Of a stretch of DNA of 64,000 bases, positions 48,274 through 57,872 are shown piece by piece; the stretch's first letter is position 1; the number at the start of each line of letters is the position of its first letter. A program made the position numbers and the translations under genes. The notes under the pieces were generated by a model. The model was not told where the DNA came from and ran no database searches. It was given only the letters and a program-made list of their open reading frames with translations. Source of the DNA: a virus (lineage: Duplodnaviria > Heunggongvirae > Uroviricota > Caudoviricetes); the IMG/VR virus record IMGVR_UViG_3300025765_000001. The stretch is one strand, 5' to 3'.

Positions 48274-49827
48274 ATGCCCTTAACGCCAGAAGAAGAAACC
48301 CTGTTGCAATCCTTCACCGATCCTGATGCGGCTGAGAAGGACTCGTATCATTGGGACGAGGAATTTCAACGGCAGATATTAGGCATGTTACTCTGTGATC
48401 GCTACTTCTTGGTTCAAAGCCAAGGATTGATTCAGGCTACATACTTCAGCGATGAAGTTCACAAGTTGATCTGCACGATCCTACATCGGCACTTCAAGCA
48501 GTACAAGAACCCACCGACCAAGATTCACCTTCGGCAAGAGGTACTAGACCAAATCGGTGACAAGAAGAAGGAGGTCCAGCTTCACTATTTGAGCGAACTC
48601 AATACGGTCTACGAATACTACGTTCCTGGTACCGACTCACGAGACTATCTGCGAGATAAGATCACCAAGTTTGCCAAAATTCGGGCAATCAAGAACGCTT
48701 TTAACGCCAGTATCGACGTGTTGAAGAAGGCACCGGAATCTGACGAAAGCTGGGTTAAGGTCAGCAATCTAGTTCGTAAAGCCCTAACCATCGACCGCAA
48801 CTTCGAGATCGGTTGTGAGTATTTCCAGACATTCGAGGAGCGGTATGCCAAGATGATGGAGGCAGCCGCCACGAAGGATGTGTTTACCTTGGGGTTCGAG
48901 TCCATCGACAAAAACCTGTTGGGCGGTGGTTTGGGCCGGGGCGAGATCGGCTCGTTCATGGGCCTGTCCGGTACAGGTAAGTCGCTCATTCTTGTTGGGG
49001 CTGCCATCGCTAATCTGAATCAAGGGAAGAAGGTTCTATACATTTCGACTGAGATGAACGAAACGAAGGTCGCCGAGCGGTTCGACGCTCAGCTTGCCGA
49101 CCCGAAGGGCATTCACGGCATCCGCATCGACAACCTGCTCGACAAACAGACGTTCGTGTTTGAGGCCCTCAGAGATTACACGAAGGAGTGCCTCGACCCA
49201 CGCCTGCTGGTCATCAAGCAATTTGCCGCTGGTACGATGGACGTGCCGACCTTCCGAGCCTACTACTCACAGTTGCTACAGTACGGCTTCCGCCCCGATC
49301 TAGTCATCGTTGACTACATCGGCGAGATGAAGGATTATCCAGGGATGAAAACCTATGAGTCACGGTACATGATTGTTCGTGATCTGAGAGGTTTTGCCGT
49401 TGAGGAGAATGTCTGTGTCTTGACGGCCATGCAACCTGATAGGCGTTCGAGGGAGCAAATCAAGCTGGGCGGCGTGATTGACGACGAGAACTTGGCCGAC
49501 TCCTATGGTCAGGTTCGCCCACTGGATGCTCTGTGGTCCATTAACCAAACCAAGGACGAGAAAGATTGTGAACTAGCGAAAATCTTCGCTATCAAGCACC
49601 GCCACGGCAAGAGTCGGTTCACGTTCTATGTTGAATACAACAAAAACACCCTAAAGATTTCCGAGCTATCTAGCGAAAGCTATCATAGTCGTCTGCACAG
49701 CTACCAACAAACCAAGAAGGTCCACAAGACCGATGAGGTAGAGGACAACATTAAGTTCAGCAAGAAGATGAAATCGGTGGGCGAGGAACTAGCTAGAGAG
49801 GTCGAAGACGAGAAGCCAATAACGTAG
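48274..49827 (+). CDS. replicative helicase (DnaB / T4 gp41-like)
   Basis: GLSGTGKS, ISTEM, IVDY, TAMQ, ADS, KHRHG. Confidence 0.9.
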   Translation: MPLTPEEETLLQSFTDPDAAEKDSYHWDEEFQRQILGMLLCDRYFLVQSQGLIQATYFSDEVHKLICTILHRHFKQYKNPPTKIHLRQEVLDQIGDKKKEVQLHYLSELNTVYEYYVPGTDSRDYLRDKITKFAKIRAIKNAFNASIDVLKKAPESDESWVKVSNLVRKALTIDRNFEIGCEYFQTFEERYAKMMEAAATKDVFTLGFESIDKNLLGGGLGRGEIGSFMGLSGTGKSLILVGAAIANLNQGKKVLYISTEMNETKVAERFDAQLADPKGIHGIRIDNLLDKQTFVFEALRDYTKECLDPRLLVIKQFAAGTMDVPTFRAYYSQLLQYGFRPDLVIVDYIGEMKDYPGMKTYESRYMIVRDLRGFAVEENVCVLTAMQPDRRSREQIKLGGVIDDENLADSYGQVRPLDALWSINQTKDEKDCELAKIFAIKHRHGKSRFTFYVEYNKNTLKISELSSESYHSRLHSYQQTKKVHKTDEVEDNIKFSKKMKSVGEELAREVEDEKPIT

Positions 49828-49835
49828 GAGATACA

Positions 49836-50342
49836 ATGTCACAGATGCAAGAAACACTCTCGATGCTAGAACTTCTGAAGAAGAAGGTCTTGGTCGAGAT
49901 AGATGCCGAACACAAATTTGAAATCGACAACGCTGCGTTGGATTTCAACGACCAAACCCTCACCGAGTATATGCGTAGAGAGGGAATGGCCTATAGCCAC
50001 TATAGCAGCCTCCAAGCTACGCTAGAGCGTGCCCTTGAGATGGCAGAGATCGATCATGAGGTTCGCTACTCTGAAAAGTTCAAGCACTACAAGAGCGAAG
50101 GGTCTAGCGATAAGCTAGCAGAGGCTTGTGCAAAGTGCGATCCGGAAGTAGAGGAACTACAAAGAAGGGTTGCAAGAATCAAATACGGCGTTAGTATGGT
50201 GAAGTATCACCTGAAGGCGTGGGATAAGAACCACGACAACGCCCAGAGTACAGGACACATGATCCGCAAGGAGATGGACCTGGGTGCCCGCAAATTCAAG
50301 GAGGATGTACTGCTGAACCTGACTGATATGGAATCGAGGTAA
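49836..50342 (+). CDS. UvsY-like recombination mediator
   Basis: Helical protein of UvsY-like size next to the helicase. Confidence 0.5.
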   Translation: MSQMQETLSMLELLKKKVLVEIDAEHKFEIDNAALDFNDQTLTEYMRREGMAYSHYSSLQATLERALEMAEIDHEVRYSEKFKHYKSEGSSDKLAEACAKCDPEVEELQRRVARIKYGVSMVKYHLKAWDKNHDNAQSTGHMIRKEMDLGARKFKEDVLLNLTDMESR

Positions 50343-50938
50343 TGGTTGATCCGACTAATATCACCCGGTATTACCAGACCCACGATGAACTAGAAGAGAC
50401 AATTTTATTTTGGGTCTGTGCCGCAGGCAAGAACGGCGTTACTGCTGCTAGGTGCCTGGAGAACCTGCTGTGTTATGCTGAAAAGCAGACTGGTAGGAAC
50501 AAGAAGTACCGCAAGCCTTTTGCGACCCTATCTACTTTGAGCGGGCAAGAGAACTTGGCTGAGGCTATGAAGAATCACGGCATTGGTTGTTACAACAACA
50601 AGGCCAAGACATTTATAGAGTTAATCAGGCGTGATATGAACCTGAAATCCTGTACCCGCAACGATCTTGCTGGGATATGGGGTATAGGTATGAAAACCGC
50701 ATCGTGCTTCATCATGCACAGTAGACCGGATGCCAATTGTGCTGGGTTAGATACACATGTGTTGAAATATTTACGTGACCAGGGCATCGAGACCCCAAGC
50801 TCCACACCTACCAGCAGGAAGAAATACCTGGAGTTGGAGCAAAAATTCCTCAATCTAGTGTCCTCTAACAAAACTCCAGCCGAGTTTGATTTAGATATCT
50901 GGCTGAAGTATTCGGGGCATAAGTGGAGCGACCAATGA
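50342..50938 (+). CDS. HhH-GPD DNA glycosylase-like protein
   Basis: LAGIWGIGMKTASCF, GLDTHVLKYL, YLELE, DLDIW. Confidence 0.8.
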   Translation: MVDPTNITRYYQTHDELEETILFWVCAAGKNGVTAARCLENLLCYAEKQTGRNKKYRKPFATLSTLSGQENLAEAMKNHGIGCYNNKAKTFIELIRRDMNLKSCTRNDLAGIWGIGMKTASCFIMHSRPDANCAGLDTHVLKYLRDQGIETPSSTPTSRKKYLELEQKFLNLVSSNKTPAEFDLDIWLKYSGHKWSDQ

Positions 50939-51444
50939 TCGAAGTGTGTCATCCATATTATGACGCCGCCTACTACCTCTATCTGGCTTATAGGAAAGCC
51001 AAAGAAAGCGTTGATCTTTCTACACAAAACGGGGCTGTCTTGGTTCCTGCGACAAGAGAAGGCCAGATCATTACTGCCTGTAACACGCTGCCAACAAACA
51101 TCAAGAACACGCCAGAACGGTTGGAGAGGCCGTTGAAGTACAACTTCGTGGAACACGCCGAGCGTGGTGTCATTTTTGCAGCAGCCAGAGAGGGCGTCTG
51201 CACCAAGGATAGTACCATGTACGTGCCTTGGTTTGCCTGCTCTGACTGTGCCAGGGCAATTATTCTAGCTGGCGTCAAGAGGGTGGTTGGACACAAGGCG
51301 ATGATGGACAAGACACCCGAACGCTGGAAGGAATCTATCGAACACGCTTTTGTAATGTTGAAAGAGGCTGGCATCGACACCCACTTGTACGAGGGAGAAG
51401 TTCTTCCTCCCGTCAAGTTCAATGGAGAATTCTGGAGGCCATGA
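50935..51444 (+). CDS. dCMP deaminase
   Basis: HAER and PWFACSDCARAII. Confidence 0.88.
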   Translation: MIEVCHPYYDAAYYLYLAYRKAKESVDLSTQNGAVLVPATREGQIITACNTLPTNIKNTPERLERPLKYNFVEHAERGVIFAAAREGVCTKDSTMYVPWFACSDCARAIILAGVKRVVGHKAMMDKTPERWKESIEHAFVMLKEAGIDTHLYEGEVLPPVKFNGEFWRP

Positions 51445-51731
51445 GAAAAGTATTATCCTTATTGTTCCTCGCCCTAGTTGTAGCTTTCTCTTGTGCAGCA
51501 TCAGGCTGCAAGCAGGAGAGAAAATCTCCTGTGGTCAAGGTGGAACGAGTAGAGCGGTCAGGGACCGCCTCGCTGAAGATCACTTATGAGAACCATTCGA
51601 GCAACAATGGTACTCCATATGTTGATCTACATGGCCCGGAGGAAGTGCGAGCCTATAAACAACAGCTTCAATTCCTGCTCTCCCAGATTGAGGAGGCAGA
51701 AAAACGGATGGACCAGAACGAGCAGAAGTGA
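51441..51731 (+). CDS. putative lipoprotein
   Basis: Signal peptide with lipobox-like ASGC. Confidence 0.6.
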   Translation: MRKVLSLLFLALVVAFSCAASGCKQERKSPVVKVERVERSGTASLKITYENHSSNNGTPYVDLHGPEEVRAYKQQLQFLLSQIEEAEKRMDQNEQK

Positions 51732-51953
51732 TGGTGGTACTCCTCGACAGGTGGTATTCAGTAAATTACTCGGTTGTGTGATATATACTATGTTCTGTCC
51801 TGACAGGTTCCGATCTTCCTTGTTGTAGGGTCCAAACTTGTTGCAAATAGTTCACGCAGACGTTGCATCAAGTCCTACCAAGCAAACTGTCGGCGTGAAG
51901 AGTGGATAATACCTAGTGTTACACTCTAGGCAGTAACTCATGTATGTCAGGCG

Positions 51954-51990
51954 AGGGATGCTACAAGCGTATTGTAAGCATCCCTTTTTT
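51954..51990 (+). terminator. intrinsic terminator
   Basis: AGGGATGCT..AGCATCCCT plus T tract. Confidence 0.75.
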
Positions 51991-52052
51991 ATTGGCCTTT
52001 GGAAAAATTTACTAACCTTTGATATATACCCCTAGTAATTAGAGAAGGTCCG

Positions 52053-52673
52053 ATGGAAGTTCAAGAACTTAGAAAGGTTTTAGAGACATCACTTAACAAA
52101 CAACTAGTCGGCTCGAATATTATGAGCCACTTTTGTTTCATTACTGAGGACTCCAAGAAGACAAGTGCTTTTGGAGACCCCAGGTACGTCCCTTTCTATT
52201 ACTATCTTGGCAAACATATAGCTCCAAGGAATCTTCTAGAGATAGGTTTCCGGCTTGGATTGCTCAGCGGGGCCTTTCTGGAGAGTTGTCGATCCGTAGA
52301 GTATTTTCTGGCTTATCAGGAATCTACTGGTGATTTTTACTCTCCTAGAATGGCATCTAAGAACGTTAAGCGAAACCACAAGAAGAAGCCTCTGGAGTTT
52401 TATTTTGGACAGATAGAAGATGAAACTTTTCTAGAGAAACTGTCTGCACGGAAGTGGGACTTGGTGATCGTGAATGAAGAAAAGGATTACGACCGCCACA
52501 TGTTTTACCTAGACCTAGTTTGGGAACACATGAATCTTGGCGGACATATAGTAATGGATTACGTGAAAAGCCACGACCTCGCAGCCAGAGCCTTCCAGAG
52601 TTTCTGCAAGACCAAGAACAGAGAGCCGATTATCTTTTCGACAAGATACGGCACTGGTTTGGTAGTCAGATAA
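52053..52673 (+). CDS. methyltransferase-like protein
   Basis: LLEIGFRLGL, WDLV, GGHIVMD. Confidence 0.65.
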   Translation: MEVQELRKVLETSLNKQLVGSNIMSHFCFITEDSKKTSAFGDPRYVPFYYYLGKHIAPRNLLEIGFRLGLLSGAFLESCRSVEYFLAYQESTGDFYSPRMASKNVKRNHKKKPLEFYFGQIEDETFLEKLSARKWDLVIVNEEKDYDRHMFYLDLVWEHMNLGGHIVMDYVKSHDLAARAFQSFCKTKNREPIIFSTRYGTGLVVR

Positions 52674-52687
52674 GGAAAAGGTCAGTT

Positions 52688-53797
52688 ATGCTAGATTTCG
52701 ACAAGCAAAAGAAGCCGAAGCTAGAGGCTTATAAGAAGTGGGATCAGATTGGTTTGCTCAAGGGTATTAAGGATGACTTTCACCGTGCTGTCATCGCCAT
52801 GATCCTAGAGAACCAGCGGCTCTATAATGAGAAGTTTCCTCTAGCCGAGGCCGACGAATCCGACAAGGCGTTCAACAACCTGTTCAGACGCCTAAGTATC
52901 CCGTTGGCTAGGAGGGTATTTTCACCTAACCAGTTCATAGCTTACAAGATTGCTTCAGTTCAAACGCTTGTCAGTCCGACCGATGAGTTTTATCACCCGA
53001 ATAAATACGGTCTCATAGTACCACATCCAATCCAGGCCAGGACTAGATTGCTGGCTACTGGTTTTCCTCTGGTGGAAGTAGACAATATCGAAGAATCCGA
53101 AACCGGGCTGCGTCAGTGGTTCGGCAAGTTTTACTACAACGAGGATGCCAGTAAATATGCTCTTAGTGCAAATGGCATTGATAACGAAGCCGAGATGACC
53201 GGTAGGATGGCTACAGACATTATTCGAGAGTTAAACAAGGAAGTCATTTCTGATATATCCAGCACAGCTACATTCCAAGCCGAACACAGTTGGTTAAACG
53301 CAGCCAAGCTCGCCGACGCTGTTTTAGCGGTTAGCAATGCTATTGGCAGCCGTATAACCACATCTGCTAATTGGATCGTGACCTCTGAAGGGCTGGCGAC
53401 ACATCTGGCCCGCCATTTTGACCTCAAGGATTTTGCTGGCGTCACCTTCGCCGAGAACAGGTTGGGGTACGTTGGGCACCTTGCCAACAAGTGGCATCTC
53501 TATGCTATCTCCGAGGACTATTTCCCCGAAACTCAGTTGGTGATGGGGTTCAATAGGCCAACTATGGAGAGCGGGTACTATTACTGCCCGTATGTTGCTT
53601 TTGCTCCAACAGCTAAACCAAGGACTTCGATTCTTTCCAGATACGGGAAGCATCTACTATCCGGGGATTACTATGGAGTAATACAAGTAGAGAATTCGTT
53701 TACAAAGGATATAGAACATGAGCCAGAACGAACCTACCCCGATTCAACACAACAACTACTGGTTGGAGAGGGCGAAGCAGATACAGCAGGAGAATAA
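52688..53797 (+). CDS. T4 gp23/gp24-fold capsid protein paralog
   Basis: KW..GLL.GI, ILENQ, IPLARRV, GIDNEAEM..ELNKEVI, ANWIVTS, GYYYCPYV, SRYG. Confidence 0.8.
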   Translation: MLDFDKQKKPKLEAYKKWDQIGLLKGIKDDFHRAVIAMILENQRLYNEKFPLAEADESDKAFNNLFRRLSIPLARRVFSPNQFIAYKIASVQTLVSPTDEFYHPNKYGLIVPHPIQARTRLLATGFPLVEVDNIEESETGLRQWFGKFYYNEDASKYALSANGIDNEAEMTGRMATDIIRELNKEVISDISSTATFQAEHSWLNAAKLADAVLAVSNAIGSRITTSANWIVTSEGLATHLARHFDLKDFAGVTFAENRLGYVGHLANKWHLYAISEDYFPETQLVMGFNRPTMESGYYYCPYVAFAPTAKPRTSILSRYGKHLLSGDYYGVIQVENSFTKDIEHEPERTYPDSTQQLLVGEGEADTAGE

Positions 53798-54056
53798 AGA
53801 AGACCTGTTGAAGACTTGGAAGAAATTATCTTTCTACTGTATTGATCCGCCACTTCCAGAGATTGAGACTAGACTAGATACTGAAAGCTATGCCCAAGCC
53901 CTTTTGTTCAAGAGTGCTAACAACATTAGCAGGAACGGCATGTTGGTAAAGCCGGGCGGTCTCAAAGTGTGTGTTGGGTTTCATGAAGGCAAATCAACCT
54001 ACGTGACTCTTTCTGGCGGCTCCGTGGTTACACGTCATCGGAGCAAGGAGGAGTAA
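53718..54056 (+). CDS. hypothetical protein
   Basis: ORF in operon. Confidence 0.5.
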   Translation: MSQNEPTPIQHNNYWLERAKQIQQENKEDLLKTWKKLSFYCIDPPLPEIETRLDTESYAQALLFKSANNISRNGMLVKPGGLKVCVGFHEGKSTYVTLSGGSVVTRHRSKEE

Positions 54057-54382
54057 TGGATCGTAAAGTATACGATGAATGGGTGAACTCCGTCGAAGGT
54101 ACAGCCGAGTATTGTGCTGAACTCACTAAGAGGAACAAGAACTCTTCCGATCCTCTAGTTTGGTTGTTCTTCGGCCCACAGAGTTTGTCCGCCTTTCCAG
54201 ACAGTGATAAACGGCCAGCGTTCATCGATGTTCCGTCACCGCTGGATACTATGACCGAGGTAGAGATCATGGTTGAGTATCTCGGTATGACCGAGGAGGA
54301 AGCGGTCCAGACCTTGCAGTTTAGAGACGTGCAGGAGAACTTGAGGAAATACGAGAACTTGAGGAGGGATTTGCTTCAATGA
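54056..54382 (+). CDS. hypothetical protein
   Basis: RBS GGAGGAG. Confidence 0.6.
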   Translation: MDRKVYDEWVNSVEGTAEYCAELTKRNKNSSDPLVWLFFGPQSLSAFPDSDKRPAFIDVPSPLDTMTEVEIMVEYLGMTEEEAVQTLQFRDVQENLRKYENLRRDLLQ

Positions 54383-55209
54383 GATACGAAATCACATATC
54401 ACTACAAAGAACAAGAGGATGGTATTTTCGGCGAAGACGTGAAGACTAAGACGATTAAGATCGGCACTCCCGACGACGATATCACTCTAGATGTTTGTGC
54501 TGGCAAAATTATAGGCCAGTTGGCTAGGAGAAATATAGAGATAGTAGATGTAGAAATCATCGAACACTCTAAGAAGAATCTCACGTTCAAGCAAACTGAC
54601 GACGGCATAATGATCGGTAAGCGTAAGTTTTCTTACGAAGACGGTCCTCGTCTTGGTAACAGCGTGTGTGAGATGGAAAGTGGTACTAGTCAACCGGCCC
54701 CCGTTCAGCCAGTTCAAGCGGGTGGGCCGGTTGAACAACTGCTGGCTTTGCTTCTCAATAACCCTGGTATTCTCGGTCAAATACAAGGCACTGGTATCCA
54801 ACCGCATCAGGCTCCGATTTCTGGCGGCACCGGTTCGGTTGTTCAATTCAAACCGACGCCGGTTGGTAAGCCTCTGCGTTTCGAGATATTCAACCCTGTT
54901 ATCCCAGGATTGGCACAAGAGGCCAAGCGACGTGGGTATGCTTTCACGTTGGGTAAAAAGTACCCAATCTATTCTGAATCTGCGGCATCTACTGAAAACG
55001 TCCACGCTGGTATGAACTACGTCACCGTAGATGATACCGGGCAAAGAAGAGTCATGAATGACAAACACTTTACCCCCGACGTGGCTAAGTTGGAGCGAGG
55101 GTTCGAGGGAGACTCCTTCAAGCCAGCTAGCACTCCGGGGTCGGGCGATGCCCGTCTTGATTGGGGGTCGGGCGTGGTTGATGGGGCGATGCCGGATATC
55201 AGACGATAA
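54379..55209 (+). CDS. hypothetical protein
   Basis: ATGA-coupled 276-aa ORF. Confidence 0.7.
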   Translation: MRYEITYHYKEQEDGIFGEDVKTKTIKIGTPDDDITLDVCAGKIIGQLARRNIEIVDVEIIEHSKKNLTFKQTDDGIMIGKRKFSYEDGPRLGNSVCEMESGTSQPAPVQPVQAGGPVEQLLALLLNNPGILGQIQGTGIQPHQAPISGGTGSVVQFKPTPVGKPLRFEIFNPVIPGLAQEAKRRGYAFTLGKKYPIYSESAASTENVHAGMNYVTVDDTGQRRVMNDKHFTPDVAKLERGFEGDSFKPASTPGSGDARLDWGSGVVDGAMPDIRR

Positions 55210-55217
55210 GGAGAACT

Positions 55218-55988
55218 ATGAATCAAAGTTATGATGAACTAGACCTGGATCAGGAAGTAGACAGGGCTGTAGCAAAGTCTAGAGCAACTGGCGTAGATCA
55301 GCAACAAAAAGAGTTACTGAAAGAACTGATCCTCAAGGCCGAGAAAGCCAATGAGCAGGAATTTCCGCATTCGGAAGCTGCCCGTAAAGCCAAAGAAATG
55401 ATAGACGAAGCCTATGATATCGATATAGAAGCCCCGCCAATATTTGGCAGGGAATTGAAATTGTACCATAAGATTGACGATGATCTAGATCAGTGGTCGC
55501 CTAAACAGGTACAATCTGCACTAGAGAAAGCTGTCAAGGAACTACGCACCGACGACTTTGCAGCTTTCGATCTAGCTATGACTTTGACAGGTCGCCAGTT
55601 TGTGGGCGGCGGACACATGGATGAGGAAATGGCTAGCTGGATCGAGAACATGGAACGTGTCGATGAGGTATTTAACCATAGGGAACCCTCTACGGATAGG
55701 ACTGACGGCCTAAAAGGAATCGTTGTTTTCTATATTGATGTTGGGCAACTACCGCCTCAAAAGGCCGAGGCTTTCATAGAGCGTATTAAGGAAGACAACA
55801 AGGCCCTGTTGGACAAACTGCCCAGCAATGTGGGCACCGTGTTTATGCCGCATCGAGCTAGGCCAAGCAAGATAGAATACGTGTCTTTCGATAGCTTCGA
55901 TAAGAAACTCAAGGAGTTAGTATGTCGAACCAAAAAAAGAAAGAGAAGAAGAAAAAAGAAAGAGAACGAGTCGCCAAAGCCAGAGTAA
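55218..55988 (+). CDS. hypothetical protein with T4 portal (gp20)-like segment
   Basis: VFYIDVGQLPPQKAEAFI resembles the gp20 VFYIDVGNLP..KAEQY motif. Confidence 0.65.
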   Translation: MNQSYDELDLDQEVDRAVAKSRATGVDQQQKELLKELILKAEKANEQEFPHSEAARKAKEMIDEAYDIDIEAPPIFGRELKLYHKIDDDLDQWSPKQVQSALEKAVKELRTDDFAAFDLAMTLTGRQFVGGGHMDEEMASWIENMERVDEVFNHREPSTDRTDGLKGIVVFYIDVGQLPPQKAEAFIERIKEDNKALLDKLPSNVGTVFMPHRARPSKIEYVSFDSFDKKLKELVCRTKKRKRRRKKKENESPKPE

Positions 55989-56479
55989 TGCGGCGGCGAG
56001 TCGCTATACGTGCTGCGGCCAAAGAGGAAAGCGACCGGTACAAGAAGGCCAAGGAACTCAAAAAGATGGTCGCTAAGGATGTCCGAGAACGCCAGAAGTT
56101 CGAGTCTATGTCGGAGGTTGAGAAGCTAGAACACATCCAAAATAGACTCGAATACAATCTAGAGGTTCTCAAGGCCCTTGAGGAAGAGTTCACCAAGGAA
56201 GCTATGGCCCGTAATGAATTGGTCAAGCAGCTAGAAGATGAAGGTCATCTAACCCTGTCGCAGAAGATAGACGCCCTCAAGAAGAAGTTTGCCGAGACAT
56301 CTGGTGTGGATATTGCCGATATGCAGACCAACATTGAGGAATATGTAAAATCTCAAGAAGAGGTACTTGTCAACAAAGATAGAAATGATATAGTTGAGCC
56401 TGTTCTGGACGAAGAACCTGCTAGTGTTGAAAACAACGATACTAGCGAGGAAGTAGATGAGGCCAGTAAGAGCGGCTAA
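55922..56479 (+). CDS. coiled-coil hypothetical protein
   Basis: Basic N-terminus, acidic C-terminus; RBS AAGGAG. Confidence 0.65.
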   Translation: MSNQKKKEKKKKERERVAKARVMRRRVAIRAAAKEESDRYKKAKELKKMVAKDVRERQKFESMSEVEKLEHIQNRLEYNLEVLKALEEEFTKEAMARNELVKQLEDEGHLTLSQKIDALKKKFAETSGVDIADMQTNIEEYVKSQEEVLVNKDRNDIVEPVLDEEPASVENNDTSEEVDEASKSG

Positions 56480-56485
56480 AGTCTA

Positions 56486-56514
56486 TTGACACGTTCTTCG
56501 ATATTCAGTACAAT
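56486..56514 (+). promoter_or_regulatory. sigma70 promoter
   Basis: TTGACA-N17-TACAAT. Confidence 0.85.
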
Positions 56515-56580
56515 TAGCCAAGCTACTTGAGTGAGTAGCTGGCAAGAAACTACAATAACTTCTAAAACAGGAGAACTATC

Positions 56581-57588
56581 ATGTCACTCGACTTTCAAGA
56601 ACTAGCATTAGAGAACGAGCGTTTATCGACGCAGGCCGGGGCTGGCTGGATGAAGAACTTCGTCAAGCTACCCGAAGGCAACGGTCATATCGTTGTCCGT
56701 TTCCTTTCCACTCCTGACGGGGCGTTCAATCGGGCCAAGAACCCCTTCTATCAATACACCCGAATCCATCGGGTGAACGACAAGAGCCTACACTGTCCAC
56801 GAAACTTGGTCAACAACAAGTTCGTTGGCGAGTGCTGCATCTGTGACTACTACAACTGGCTCTGGAGAGAGTCGGAGAAAAAGGGTTCAGAGGAAGCAGC
56901 CAGGATGCAGGCGAAGGCTCGTGCTATCAAACCCATCGAACGCTACTACCTCAACTGCATCGTTCGCTCAATGGTGAATGAAGAGACGCAGCAAATCGAG
57001 AAGAACGTCGGCCCACTCATCCTGAGTGTGGGCAAGACGCTTATCCAGATGGTCATTCGTGCCATCGTCGGCAACGAAAAGCTCGATGAGAAGGGCCTGG
57101 GTGACGTAACTCATCCGCTCAAGGGTCGTGACTTCAAGCTCATTAAGACGATGCGGCACAGTGGCAAGGAGGCATACCCGAACTACAGTGAGTCCAAGTT
57201 CCTCGATCCGTCGCCACTAGGCACGCCAGAGGAAGTCGAGAAGTGGTTGGCAGGTTGCCACGATCTGGTAGCTCTTCGTGTTCTTCCGACTGCCGACGAC
57301 CTGAAGTACAACCTCAAGGTCCACCTGAATCTGATCCGTGACACCAAGAGCGGCTTCGATCCTCGTGAATGGCAGACATTGGAAGCAGCAGAAGATTCCG
57401 GCGTTACCGTCACCGAAGACGAGATCGCCGAGGGTGCTGAGAGAGCGGCTTTCGAGGCCAATAAGAAGTCAACCCCTTCAGCCCAGCCTCCGAAGACCGA
57501 TGCCCAGGTTGCAGCCGAGAAGGAAACTCCAGGTAAGGACGAGACCTTGGTGGAGTCGGACTTCCTGGCCGAACTTCGGGGCATGTAA
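56581..57588 (+). CDS. gp32-like single-stranded DNA-binding protein
   Basis: VRFL, H..C..CCIC Zn site, RYY, GRDF, YPNY..SKF, acidic tail DFLAEL. Confidence 0.85.
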   Translation: MSLDFQELALENERLSTQAGAGWMKNFVKLPEGNGHIVVRFLSTPDGAFNRAKNPFYQYTRIHRVNDKSLHCPRNLVNNKFVGECCICDYYNWLWRESEKKGSEEAARMQAKARAIKPIERYYLNCIVRSMVNEETQQIEKNVGPLILSVGKTLIQMVIRAIVGNEKLDEKGLGDVTHPLKGRDFKLIKTMRHSGKEAYPNYSESKFLDPSPLGTPEEVEKWLAGCHDLVALRVLPTADDLKYNLKVHLNLIRDTKSGFDPREWQTLEAAEDSGVTVTEDEIAEGAERAAFEANKKSTPSAQPPKTDAQVAAEKETPGKDETLVESDFLAELRGM

Positions 57589-57727
57589 CGAACAAGGTGT
57601 CACCTAGAGGTTGGTTTGACTAGCATGTTGCTGGTCGAAGTCTGCGAACGTTAGCTAGTACCAGATGAGGTTTACAGACGTTTACGGCAACCGCTGCAAC
57701 CTATGATGAGTCAAACGACACCTTTGC

Positions 57728-57776
57728 AAAAGGGTGTGACCATATACCTTGTCGGTCGTTGGTCACACCCTTTTTT
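57728..57776 (+). terminator. intrinsic terminator upstream of uvsX
   Basis: AAAAGGGTGTGACCA/TGGTCACACCC plus T6. Confidence 0.75.
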
Positions 57777-57872
57777 CATACATGGTGATTGCCATGAGGA
57801 GCCGGTTATGTACCACAAACGCTTCAAACTCACCAGAAAGAAACTACCAAAACTGAAACTCAGGAGATACCA

